A DNA stretch of 64,000 nucleotides from NCBI GenBank assembly GCA_021108215.1, contig JAIORK010000045.1, positions 64,594 to 128,593 on the forward strand. Reading direction: 5' to 3'. This DNA comes from a bacterium. Lineage in GTDB: Bacteria; Oederibacteriota; JAAXVQ01; JAUVAV01. The stretch's first letter is position 1. Each line of letters opens with the position of its first letter. This document shows, in pieces, positions 1 through 8,841 of this stretch. A model generated the notes under the pieces. The model was not told the origin of the DNA and did no database searches. It saw only the letters and a list, made by a program, of their open reading frames with translations. The position numbers and the translations under genes are program-made.

Positions 1-409
1 CTGCCGGAAGTTGGATGCCGCAAACCGTCCCTTTTGACTGGTACTCTTTCCAACCTGAGCCGGAAAGATATCCGCGCACAATGGCTTCCACAGCCAAAGG
101 TTCGGCTTTTTTCACCAGCATGGAACGCGATTCCAGTATGCCCAACAGGGACTCATCTTTTATCAGATCTTGCAGCTTTCTCTGCGACAAATGGTTGGGA
201 ATAATTTCCTCAAACCGCTTAAACCAAAACCGGGAAATCCCGGTTAAAATACTGCCTTTCCCGGGAACATGGGTCGGCAAAATGACATCATAGGCTGAAA
301 TACGGTCCGAAGCCACCAAAAGCAGCTCCTCACCTGCATTATAAATATCTCTGACTTTTCCCTGTTTCACCATCTGCATGCCGGGTATCTCAATTATTTT
401 TTCAGGCAC
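1..409 (-). CDS. purC: Phosphoribosylaminoimidazole-succinocarboxamide synthase (SAICAR synthetase), N-terminal part; gene continues past window start
   Basis: Manual minus-strand translation from about 409 gives VPEKIIEIPGMQMVKQGKVRDIYNAGEELLLVASDRISAYDVILPTHVPGKGSILTGISRFWF, a classic SAICAR synthetase N-terminus. A GTG start at 409 is preceded by AAAGGGG; ATG alternatives are at 379 and 373. The listed 15..293 + ORF is antisense to this gene. Confidence 0.75.
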   Translation of the reverse strand, partial: MPEKIIEIPGMQMVKQGKVRDIYNAGEELLLVASDRISAYDVILPTHVPGKGSILTGISRFWFKRFEEIIPNHLSQRKLQDLIKDESLLGILESRSMLVKKAEPLAVEAIVRGYLSGSGWKEYQSKGTVCGIQLPA

Positions 410-473
410 ACTGTCCAACCCCTTTCATTATTTGTTTTTATAATGTTTCCGGACCATGGGTCGATCACGATTT

Positions 474-1795
474 TTAGCGGGGAATGTATAAAGGAATAAC
501 TTTTTTACGCCCCTTTTTCAGCACCACCTCAATCGGCGGAAGCGAAACCGTACTGCCGCGTACTGTCCGCAACCTGACCTCCAGGGAATGCTCACCTGCC
601 GACAGCGGTATTCGCAAAACATGAAACTTATTCGGCAATGTCCGCCAGGAACGGGTATCTGCCTGTTCCGTAGCCAGGGTATACACATTGGATAAAATAT
701 TTACTGCCAGATTATTCCCCGCAGCTTTTCTAACCTGGTAAGCCGCGATATATTTAGTGGTGGCGCGGGCAATCGCTTTGACCGAGATCAACCCGATCCG
801 CTGTTCCAGATTTTTATAAGCAATGGCATCGAGCGGCTCCATCATTTCGCTGGTCACCACAGTGCCATCCGCAAGTCCTACGCGAATATAATCCACCACA
901 TTTCTACGCGGCTTAAATGCCGGAAATGCAACTTTGAGCACATAAGGATTCCCGTCCGGGGTCCTAATCGGGGCTGCAATACGCTTGGTAATTTTTCCCG
1001 GAATCATGCCGTCATACACCACAATCATCACTTCACTGCGTTTGTGCGGACGTCTCCCGGCATCTAAAATATCCTTACCAAATTCTTTCCGCCACTGACG
1101 GTATTGATCATCAAACCCCATCCAGCGCGAGAGCCGGATAAGATCACTTTTGATCACTTCCGGTACCGGCATACCGTAGTGCTTCTCATATTTCCCAAAT
1201 GCCTTGTATGCCAATTTGTAGTCAATGTAAGCGCTATTGTATTCGCCGGTGGCCTCATGGGCAAACGCAGCCATATACCGGGCGAACGCATCCTCTTTAT
1301 AAATCGCTTCTTTCCCATACTTACCGGAAAGTTTAACCAGCCGTGTATTGACCTTGCGGGCCTCGACCAGCGCACTATTAAGCTTGTTCATATATAGAAA
1401 ATCGAGTTCTTTAAAAACATGCACCATGATCTGCTCAAAATCCTCTCCCACATAATCCATGGACATGTCATTGACAAGAAAGGAAGTGGCTGCCTGGGTC
1501 ACGCTGGTGCCGTACAATTCCTCAATCAATTGCTCAGCTGTATTGAGTTCCTTCACACTGGTTTTATAATCAGCCGTCCGCTGGAGCAGGCTTCCCCGCT
1601 CAAAATAGTAGATTAAGTTGTTGGCGCCGGAATACTGGCTTTTTTTCTTTTCCAACAACTCCAAAGCAGAAGCATAATCACCCTGCGATGTACTGTTGGC
1701 CAACTGAGTGGCGACGTGAATACCGCCGCACCCGGTCACAAGAAACGCCAACAGCACACTCGCAGGAAAAACAATGGCCAAACGTTGAATACACA
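474..1795 (-). CDS. Conserved lipoprotein (COG3014-like), last gene of a three-gene lipoprotein operon
   Basis: Long ORF. A GTG start at 1795 gives a lipoprotein signal peptide, MCIQRLAIVFPASVLLAFLVTGCGG (lipobox LVTGC), immediately after the upstream gene stop at 1801. The function call is weak, by family resemblance only. Confidence 0.5.
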
Positions 1796-1800
1796 CGTGA

Positions 1801-2403
1801 TTAGAAACGCGCGCCCGGACGTTTGATGAATTTCTTGATTTTCTTATTCCCGTACCAAATTTTAATATTGCGCTGCATATCCACCAATTCCATATCCACC
1901 TGGTAATAGAAGGTATGCTTGCCCCCCCGGGCATCCGTGATCTTGGAAATCGTACCTTGCATCATATAATCCGCACCGGTTTCAGCATACATTTCTTTGC
2001 GGGTTGAGTCAGACGAATATGTCTGCTGATCTTCACGCTCTGCGCGCATTTCATCCCGCTCACCCTTGCCTGTCACAAATTCAACCATGCCGGAATTGGT
2101 CAACTCTCTTTCAATATCTTTCTGGAAAGTATCAATGGCAATATGTTCGTCCGACTTATTTTTAATGGTCCCGACAATCACTTTCGGTGATTCGCCTCTG
2201 TGTTTTTTCATGTGCTTCCCCAACCAGGGACGCGTGAGAGCTTCTTTGACCATCTCTTCAGCAACCAGCTGAGAATCCGTATCATTCCAATTCCCGGACA
2301 GGTCCACCACCTCATCAGATGAAATACGCTTCACTTCCATGGAACAACTGCTCATCCCTGCAACCAACACCGCACCTGCCAACAATAACATCATCTTTTT
2401 CAT
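1801..2403 (-). CDS. LpoB-like lipoprotein (COG3417 family)
   Basis: Start MKKMMLLLAGAVLVAGMSSCS (lipobox) preceded by AGGAGGA. The C-terminal YQVDMELVDMQRNIKIW resembles the LpoB C-terminal domain. Confidence 0.55.
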   Translation of the reverse strand: MKKMMLLLAGAVLVAGMSSCSMEVKRISSDEVVDLSGNWNDTDSQLVAEEMVKEALTRPWLGKHMKKHRGESPKVIVGTIKNKSDEHIAIDTFQKDIERELTNSGMVEFVTGKGERDEMRAEREDQQTYSSDSTRKEMYAETGADYMMQGTISKITDARGGKHTFYYQVDMELVDMQRNIKIWYGNKKIKKFIKRPGARF

Positions 2404-2428
2404 GCAGACTTCCTCCTTGAGTATGTAT

Positions 2429-2962
2429 TTAGAAATTCCAATGCAAACCGAGCTGGGCCGAAGGCCAATTAATCTTATCATTGATTTGATAATAACTAAA
2501 CGGCTCTTGACTCTCGGTCAATGACTTAACAAACGTAAATGCCAGCGACAGGCCCAACCCGTCAGTAAAGAAATAACTCAGCCCGGCTGATCCAAATATG
2601 GCAAATATATTTTCTTTTGGTGAGGAATAATACAAAACAGGCCCGCCGCTAATAAACGGCGAAAATTTACCCGTCAAAAAATAGTATTTCAATGACAAAT
2701 CCAGTGAAAGACCGCTCATATACGTCCCGATACCGCCGCCAACAGCAACATTGGCAGTCGCAAACTTGTCATACTGAATACCCACCACCAGCGGCCCGCC
2801 GATTTGAATCCACAAATCCGTATCATTCACTTTCAAGGGGGAATTCTCCGCAATCATGGCTTCAACTTTTTCAGTCACCCGAGCCTGCGCCGAACCTGTC
2901 ATCCCTGCAATCATCACCAACGCAACCAGTGCCGTTGTCAGACGTAATTTCCAATTCATCAT
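2429..2962 (-). CDS. Secreted/outer-membrane protein with signal peptide, beta-rich
   Basis: N-terminal MMNWKLRLTTALVALVMIAGMTGSAQA signal peptide. Alternating hydrophobic pattern with Gly/aromatic-rich strands ending in F (LHWNF). Co-directional with and tightly spaced to the two lipoprotein genes. Confidence 0.45.
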   Translation of the reverse strand: MMNWKLRLTTALVALVMIAGMTGSAQARVTEKVEAMIAENSPLKVNDTDLWIQIGGPLVVGIQYDKFATANVAVGGGIGTYMSGLSLDLSLKYYFLTGKFSPFISGGPVLYYSSPKENIFAIFGSAGLSYFFTDGLGLSLAFTFVKSLTESQEPFSYYQINDKINWPSAQLGLHWNF

Positions 2963-3213
2963 AGCCTCCTCATTAATTTAAATAATCACTTTTTTTACAC
3001 GATCGACCTCTATTGTATCCATCGCGATAGTGTTAGACAAGAAAAATATTATTTTAACGGAAATTATTTATATCACGGCGGCCGTGCCGCTAAGTCCCCC
3101 ATACAAATCTCCTTCACCTGCTTTTTGATGGCCCGTAATATATAATTTAGACCTTAAAAAACAATTTTGGTTCTCCTCACTCAGGACTGTATTTTCTACA
3201 TACTTATAATCCA

Positions 3214-3522
3214 GTCGATCCTGAAAAAGTCAAATTGCAACTCATTACTCAATGAAGCCTGATCAAACGATTGAGCAAGTACGCTGCCGGGATTCGGATG
3301 ATACGATGATACCCTGCCTTCGTGGCCATTTTTTTTAGTGTCTATCCTCATCCCTGTTCCGACTTTTGTCCTTTGGCAGCTCACGCGGTCAATCGTTTGA
3401 GTAGGGAATGGTCGCGACCATTCCCTACTATCAGTGGCGACCTATGCGTGTTGTTGGACGCATAGGTCTTTTTTACTGTTTCTTCAACATTTCCAACACT
3501 TTTTGTGTTTTTCAGGATCGAC
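3214..3522 (+). mobile_element. MITE-like element copy A (full length, about 309 bp) with 15-bp terminal inverted repeats, internal REP hairpin and long-range stem
   Basis: 5' TIR GTCGATCCTGAAAAAG (3214-3229) and 3' TIR TTTTTCAGGATCGAC (3508-3522) are exact reverse complements. The body is shared at over 85% identity with copies at 8356, 21838 (reverse), 24893 and 60117. Internal REP at 3401-3428. CAAACGATTGA (3266) pairs with TCAATCGTTTG (3390). A downstream hairpin GACCTATGCGT/ACGCATAGGTC follows. Confidence 0.7.
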
Positions 3523-3578
3523 TATATAATTTCCCCGACTTGTGGCATAATGAGTCCACTTTTTTCAGGAGGCGTGTT

Positions 3579-4487
3579 TTGAAAAAAACGGTTCGCAAAA
3601 CCGAGTGGGTGACCAATGATTTCGGACATACGTATACGGGAACCCGCCTGTATGCAGGAAAATCTAAATTCCAGAATATGGAAATACATCGTAATCAAAC
3701 ATTCGGCACCATGCTTTTCCTGGACGGAAAAATCCAGATCTCGGAACGTGATGAAAACCGGTATCACCAATACCTCGTTGCAGCTCCCTTGCTGGCACAC
3801 CGCGCCCCTAAAAGCGTCTGTATTATCGGCGGCGGCGATTGTTTCTCCCTGGAAGAAGTTGCCAAGCACACCTCGCTTAAACGAATCTTGATGCTGGAAA
3901 TCGATAAAGGTGTGGTTAATTTTTGCACCCGCCATTACCCGGTTATTCAGAAAGTACGCAAAGATCCGAGAATCGAAATTATTTACCAGGATGCCCGGCA
4001 ATACCTTGAGACAACCCGGGAATCTTTTGACGTTTTAATCATTGATCTCACTGAGCCGCACGGCCCCTCCAAAATGCTTTATACCCGGGAATTTTACCGC
4101 ATCTGTCAAAAACACCTTACCCGTGGCGGAATTTTATCCATCCATACAGACAATCATTTTCTTTTCCCTACAAGTTTTGCCACGATCTACAAAACCCTCA
4201 CGAGTGTTTTCCCTCACATCCTCACCGCACGTGTGGATATGCCCTGTTTCGGTATGGGCTGGACCTACCGGATGGCATCTGCACAGCCGATCGCTTATCA
4301 GCGTTTGGTCACGAACACCAAGCACTTTCGCTCAAAAAAAATAAGTCTGGAGCACTTCACACCTTCAACCTATCTGGTCGAACCCACACCGGAAGAATTG
4401 AATGTGCTGAAAAAGCACGGACGCATTTCAACCGACCGGCGACCGTTTGATAAATTCGAATCCATGGAACAAAAAGTCACCCGCTAA
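3579..4487 (+). CDS. speE: Spermidine synthase-like polyamine aminopropyltransferase
   Basis: Motifs IIGGGDCFSLEEV and IIDLTEPHGPSKMLYTREFY are typical of SpeE. A TTG start at 3579 lies 7 nt after AGGAGG. The upstream part of the listed ORF (from 3408) lies inside MITE copy A and is not coding. Confidence 0.65.
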   Translation: MKKTVRKTEWVTNDFGHTYTGTRLYAGKSKFQNMEIHRNQTFGTMLFLDGKIQISERDENRYHQYLVAAPLLAHRAPKSVCIIGGGDCFSLEEVAKHTSLKRILMLEIDKGVVNFCTRHYPVIQKVRKDPRIEIIYQDARQYLETTRESFDVLIIDLTEPHGPSKMLYTREFYRICQKHLTRGGILSIHTDNHFLFPTSFATIYKTLTSVFPHILTARVDMPCFGMGWTYRMASAQPIAYQRLVTNTKHFRSKKISLEHFTPSTYLVEPTPEELNVLKKHGRISTDRRPFDKFESMEQKVTR

Positions 4488-5635
4488 TGACCCTTTTCCC
4501 GCAGCCAACCGTCACCGAACGTTTAAATAAAAAGCTGCCTGACCTGATTGCATTGTGGCGGGACCATTTCAACCTCCCCGGACCGCGCCATCGTCTACGC
4601 CTTCAGGAAACCACCGCCATCGCAAAAAAACTACGCCTCTTATCCCAGGGGTTGACCCGCGAACGAAAATTGGCCGGGAAAAATTATTTTTCCGATCCCT
4701 ATCAATTCGGTGCATACCTATTCTTTTTCTGGCCTGTTTCTTACGCCCAGGCGCGGTTCGTGCTGGACCCTCTCGTCCCGGGATTCAAGACCATCCTCGA
4801 GATGGGCTCCGGTGCTGCACCGCTGGGTACCGCCGCAGGCGACCTCAATGCCGGATCAGTCACCGCCCTGGATCGAAGCTCCGAAGCGCTCTTTTTTGCA
4901 AAAAAAATAATCCAGCAGCAAAAAAAGAAAATCACCACGACCCTCTGGCACGGCGGGACCACCCCCGCTTCCCTGCCAGGTCATTTTGATCTCATAAGTT
5001 TCCAGCATGTCCTCAATGAATTGTGGCCAAAAGATCCCGCCCGGGAACAAAGCATTCTTAAACTCCTTAAATCTGCGGCATCTCATCTCACACCCCGGGG
5101 TCAACTTCTCCTCATTGAGCCTGCGCTGACTGAGACCTCCCGGTGCCTCCTTAGGATCAGAAATGCTTTGCTGGACCAGGGATTCACACTTGCCGGGCCC
5201 TGTCTAACCCAAATGCATTGTCCCGCACTTTCTAAACCCAGTGACAGTTGTCATATTGATTGGCCCTGGTCTCCCCCTTCCCTGACCGAAGAGTTGGCCC
5301 GCTTATCCGGATTCAAAAAACATGATCTGAAAATGACATACTTTCTTTTTCATAAATCAGGCCCGCCCCCGCAAACCCCTTTGACCACGGGTTCATTCCT
5401 GATTGTCTCTGAACCCATGCTCTCAAAAAACAAGCGCATCCGGTTTATCGGGTGCGGACCTGCTGGCCGGCTCGGTCTTGCGCTGCATCCCAAAAACCGC
5501 GCTGCATCAAACGCGCTTTTTTTCACGCTCAAACGGGGCGACCACATCCGCATTCATGATTATGAATGCCAAGAAAACGGTATCCGGCTGCATCAGGGGT
5601 CTGGCGTCGAAGTGCTTTCGCGGGCAATAAAATAA
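4487..5635 (+). CDS. Putative class I SAM-dependent methyltransferase (Rsm22-like), translationally coupled to speE
   Basis: ATGA overlap with the speE stop. Methyltransferase motif I LEMGSGAAPLG is present. Function is uncertain. Confidence 0.45.
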   Translation: MTLFPQPTVTERLNKKLPDLIALWRDHFNLPGPRHRLRLQETTAIAKKLRLLSQGLTRERKLAGKNYFSDPYQFGAYLFFFWPVSYAQARFVLDPLVPGFKTILEMGSGAAPLGTAAGDLNAGSVTALDRSSEALFFAKKIIQQQKKKITTTLWHGGTTPASLPGHFDLISFQHVLNELWPKDPAREQSILKLLKSAASHLTPRGQLLLIEPALTETSRCLLRIRNALLDQGFTLAGPCLTQMHCPALSKPSDSCHIDWPWSPPSLTEELARLSGFKKHDLKMTYFLFHKSGPPPQTPLTTGSFLIVSEPMLSKNKRIRFIGCGPAGRLGLALHPKNRAASNALFFTLKRGDHIRIHDYECQENGIRLHQGSGVEVLSRAIK

Positions 5636-5660
5636 TTCATTTGACAGGACACACCCTTTA

Positions 5661-5694
5661 TGACAATATTTGAACAAATGTTCAAATATTGTCA
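5661..5694. promoter_or_regulatory. ArsR/SmtB-type 12-2-12 operator (perfect 16-2-16 inverted repeat) upstream of the permease/arsR operon
   Basis: TGACAATATTTGAACA aa TGTTCAAATATTGTCA is a perfect inverted repeat with the TGAACA-N2-TGTTCA core characteristic of SmtB/CzrA/ArsR-family operators. It lies 24 bp upstream of the permease start. Confidence 0.6.
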
Positions 5695-5717
5695 TTCGTA
5701 CATAAAAGGTGATTGCT

Positions 5718-6989
5718 ATGACCGCACTATTAAACTTTTTAACCGCCCTCTGGCAAATTATGCTTGAACTGTCGCTATGGCTTTTCCTCGGTGCCTTCCT
5801 GGCCGGTTTACTGAAACTTTTTCTTCCCAAAGGTTTTGTCAAACGTCATACCGGCAGCGGCAAAATCAGCAGTATCTTCAAAACCTCCCTGTTGGGTATA
5901 CCCTTGCCGCTCTGCTCTTGCGGTGTCTTGCCTGCCACCATCGGCATCAAAAAAGACGGTGCCGGCAATGGTGCTGCCGTCGGATTTCTCATCAGCACAC
6001 CTCAAACCGGTGTGGATTCCATTCTGGTCACCGCCTCATTCCTGGGATGGCCGCTGGCGCTCTTCAAAGTACTGGCTGCTTTTTTCACCGGAATTTTGGG
6101 AGGATTGGCTGTCCACACGACCGAACCGCGCCTGTCCGCACAGACTGCAACCAGTGAAACATCAATTGCGGCATTTAAAAATAAAACCCCGCTTTCGCGT
6201 TGGCGCCTTTTTTGGGATTTTTCCGTCCGGGAACTCATCGGCGGCATCTACCAATATCTTGCGATCGGACTTTTGGTCGCAGCATTGATCACTGTTTTGT
6301 TTCCTGCCAATGCCTTTACAAACATGCCGGCTTTGCAGGGACTCTGGGGCATGCTGGTCATGCTGGCAATTGCAATCCCGCTTTATGTCTGCACCACAGG
6401 TTCCGTACCGATTGTCGCTTCTTTGATCGCTGCCGGTCTGCCAATCGGCTCTGCGCTGGTATTTCTCATGGCAGGACCGGCCACCAATGCCGCCACCTTG
6501 GCTGCCATTCTCAAACATTTCGGCAAACGTATCACCGCCATTTATCTGGGAACCGTGGTCCTCGGCAGCATTGCCTTTGGATTACTTTTTCAATCATGTG
6601 GTGCTTCCCTGGTCAGCACCACTTTGCGAACGCATCACGAGCATCAACCGCTGATCATGGTGCTCCTCAATATGCTGGCTGCGGTCTGTCTTACCGGACT
6701 CATCGGGTATTGGTCCGGCAAAGACCTGACAGCATGGCTGCAACAGCACCGCAAGCACCCGGCACCCACCGACGAAATCCTTTCGCTGTATGTTTCGGGG
6801 ATGACCTGTAAAAAGTGCGTTGCCAAAATCCAAACCACACTCTTAAAAAACCGGCAGATCACCCAAGTTAAGATTGATCTTGATACCGAGACGGTCCGCA
6901 TCAGCGGTCACACATTGGATGAAAAAACCATTATCCGGCACATCCAGGCTGCCGGGTATCCGGCCGCAAAAACCAAGGGGATTTTATGA
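5718..6989 (+). CDS. Metal(loid) permease (COG0701/ArsP-like, two transporter repeats) with C-terminal heavy-metal-associated (HMA) domain
   Basis: Polytopic membrane protein with a PLPLCSCGVLP motif (ArsP-like Cys pair). The C-terminal GMTCKKCVAKIQTTL...VKIDLDTETVRISG is an HMA fold with CxxC. ATG at 5718 with AAAAGG RBS. Followed by an ArsR-family gene with a 4-nt overlap. Confidence 0.7.
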   Translation: MTALLNFLTALWQIMLELSLWLFLGAFLAGLLKLFLPKGFVKRHTGSGKISSIFKTSLLGIPLPLCSCGVLPATIGIKKDGAGNGAAVGFLISTPQTGVDSILVTASFLGWPLALFKVLAAFFTGILGGLAVHTTEPRLSAQTATSETSIAAFKNKTPLSRWRLFWDFSVRELIGGIYQYLAIGLLVAALITVLFPANAFTNMPALQGLWGMLVMLAIAIPLYVCTTGSVPIVASLIAAGLPIGSALVFLMAGPATNAATLAAILKHFGKRITAIYLGTVVLGSIAFGLLFQSCGASLVSTTLRTHHEHQPLIMVLLNMLAAVCLTGLIGYWSGKDLTAWLQQHRKHPAPTDEILSLYVSGMTCKKCVAKIQTTLLKNRQITQVKIDLDTETVRISGHTLDEKTIIRHIQAAGYPAAKTKGIL

Positions 6990-7285
6990 CCCGCAGCAAA
7001 AATAACAACCAAAAAAAGATAGAAGCTCTGGCTGATCTTTTTCACCATCTGAGCGATCCCAACCGTCTGCGTATCATGCTGCTCCTGGCAAAGAAGGAAC
7101 TCTCTGTCACCGAACTGACCCAACATCTGGAGGTGACACTTTCTGCTGTCTCGCATCAATTGAAGGTCTTACGGCAGGCCAATTTGGTTTCGCGACGCAG
7201 GGTCGGCCAGTCCAGTTTTTATCATTTATCCGATGCGCACATTCATCAACTGATTGCCATCGGCAAAAAACATGTCAATGAATAG
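6986..7285 (+). CDS. ArsR/SmtB family metalloregulatory transcriptional repressor
   Basis: Winged-HTH DPNRLRIMLLLAKKELSVTELTQHLEVTLSAVSHQLKVLRQANLV is a diagnostic ArsR/SmtB fold. ATGA-coupled to the permease. Confidence 0.85.
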   Translation: MTRSKNNNQKKIEALADLFHHLSDPNRLRIMLLLAKKELSVTELTQHLEVTLSAVSHQLKVLRQANLVSRRRVGQSSFYHLSDAHIHQLIAIGKKHVNE

Positions 7286-7385
7286 TCATGTTTTTCCCCG
7301 CTGCTGCGGCAATTAGATATTCAGACCAGACTTGTTTTACCCGTTACTTACGGTACAATGATCTCAACGTCCCAGGAGGCACCCC

Positions 7386-8171
7386 ATGACCCTACAAACA
7401 GATCTGACCTTCCCTGATACAACTTTTTTCAATCATCTCGAGCAGGCTTCACAAAAACTACTTCTATTGGATTTTGACGGCACCTTATCACCTTTTGTCG
7501 ATGACCGCTTCAAAGCCTTTCCCTATCCCGGCGTAACTGATCTTCTCTATGAAATTATTGCCAAACCCACTTCTCGCGTCGTGATTGTGACCGGTCGCCC
7601 CTTAAATGAAATTTTACCGCTGCTTAATATGCAGCCCAACCCGGAGATTTGGGGTTCGCATGGATGGCAGCATCTCTTGACAGACGGCACCACCGAAGAC
7701 TTCCCGCTTCCTGATGATATCCGGAACATTCTTGAAACCGTTAAAAATGATTTCCAAAGACAAATCCCGATTGAAAAAATGGATATCAAACCCAGCTCTG
7801 TGGCAGTCCACTGGCGAGGCCTGGATAACAAACAGCGCGAAACATTTTCAAAACACGCGCAAGCTGTGTGCGAGCCTTTTCAAAATCACGCCGGACTGGA
7901 ACTTCAGGCATTTGACGGCGGACTGGAACTCAGGGTAAAAGGCCGGGACAAAGGCACCTCGGTCAAAGCTATTTTAAAAGACTCTCCGAATGATATTTTT
8001 GCCACATTTTTAGGTGATGATAAAACGGATGAAGATGCCTTTGCCGCTTTGGGCAATGCCGGTCAGGGCATTTTGGTACGCAACGAGTTCCGCCCCACTG
8101 ATGCCGATTTTTGGATCCACCCGCCGGAAGAATTGCTGGATTTTCTGAGAAAATGGCGGGATGCCTGTTGA
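7386..8171 (+). CDS. otsB: Trehalose-6-phosphate phosphatase (HAD family)
   Basis: HAD motifs LLLDFDGTL and GDDKTDEDAF; length and pattern typical of OtsB. RBS CAGGAGG upstream. Confidence 0.7.
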   Translation: MTLQTDLTFPDTTFFNHLEQASQKLLLLDFDGTLSPFVDDRFKAFPYPGVTDLLYEIIAKPTSRVVIVTGRPLNEILPLLNMQPNPEIWGSHGWQHLLTDGTTEDFPLPDDIRNILETVKNDFQRQIPIEKMDIKPSSVAVHWRGLDNKQRETFSKHAQAVCEPFQNHAGLELQAFDGGLELRVKGRDKGTSVKAILKDSPNDIFATFLGDDKTDEDAFAALGNAGQGILVRNEFRPTDADFWIHPPEELLDFLRKWRDAC

Positions 8172-8213
8172 TGAGCTGGAGTTTTTCAAAAATATTATAC
8201 TGGCACTGATAAG

Positions 8214-8352
8214 CATCATCAGGTGTTAAGCTGATTTGATGCATCCGCAAGCGAAAACACGGCTCACATTCACGTGTGCTGTTTGGTGAAAAGGGATAAA
8301 TAGTTCTATTGAATCGCGCGTCTAAATCAAATCAGCTTAACACCTGATGATG
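8214..8352. repeat. Perfect 26-bp inverted repeat pair flanking 87 bp (small MITE-like unit) directly abutting MITE copy B
   Basis: CATCATCAGGTGTTAAGCTGATTTGA (8214-8239) and its exact reverse complement TCAAATCAGCTTAACACCTGATGATG (8327-8352). Confidence 0.6.
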
Positions 8353-8355
8353 CGC

Positions 8356-8615
8356 CCCTCCTGAAAAAATCAAATTGGAACTCATTTTTCGATAAAGCCT
8401 GGTCAAACGATTGAGCAAGTACGCTGCCGGGATTTGGATGATACGATGACACCTCGCCTTCGTGACCACTATTTTAGTGTCTATCCTCATCCCCGTTCCG
8501 TGCTTTGTCCTTTGGCAGCACACGCGATCAATCGTCTGAGTAGGGAATGGTCGCGACCATTCCCTACTATCGGTTGAAATCTGTGCGCACTGTTGAACGA
8601 GTACGCAGCATGGGT
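8356..8615 (+). mobile_element. MITE-like element copy B (3' truncated, degenerate 5' TIR)
   Basis: Aligns to copy A across the body. REP at 8540-8567. Followed by the X motif CTGTGCGCACTGTTGAACGAGTACGCAGC. The listed minus ORF 8332..8523 is an artefact of this conserved noncoding DNA. Confidence 0.65.
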
Positions 8616-8791
8616 CCGGTCCGGATTATCCTCTCTCCACCCATCATCATACCCTATGACTATATCTTTTTCACGACCCCGGTATGATCTCTTGCCCACC
8701 GCGTCCGGCGAATGCCGGATTCGCTGCAAGTGAGACCAACAATGCGCACAGGCCGACTTGGCGAAAAAATCCAGAATACTTTTTTTAGAAT

Positions 8792-8830
8792 AAAAAAAAG
8801 GGACCGGTTTTTCAACCGGTCCCTTTTTTG
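8792..8830. terminator. Bidirectional intrinsic terminator downstream of eno
   Basis: AAAAAAAGGGACCGGTT-TTTCAA-CCGGTCCCTTTTTTG: a GC-rich 10-bp stem flanked by an A-run and a T-run. Confidence 0.7.
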
Positions 8831-8841
8831 TCCTGATATAT

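Noticed and set aside
15-293. 92-aa plus-strand ORF at the window start
   Set aside because: Antisense to a clearly recognisable purC (SAICAR synthetase) N-terminal coding region on the minus strand.
3196-3384. 62-aa minus-strand ORF (and the sibling ORFs 8332..8523 and 60061..60276) sharing the peptide CQRTKxGTGMRIDTK
   Set aside because: These lie entirely inside the conserved MITE-like repeat. The apparent protein conservation simply reflects nucleotide conservation of a noncoding element. There is no consistent start codon or RBS, and reading frames differ between copies because of indels.
7330-7362. Sigma70-like promoter (TTGTTT-17-TACAAT) upstream of otsB
   Set aside because: Plausible by eye, but the promoter consensus of this organism is unknown and the match could be chance in an AT-rich spacer. 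Not reported as a feature.
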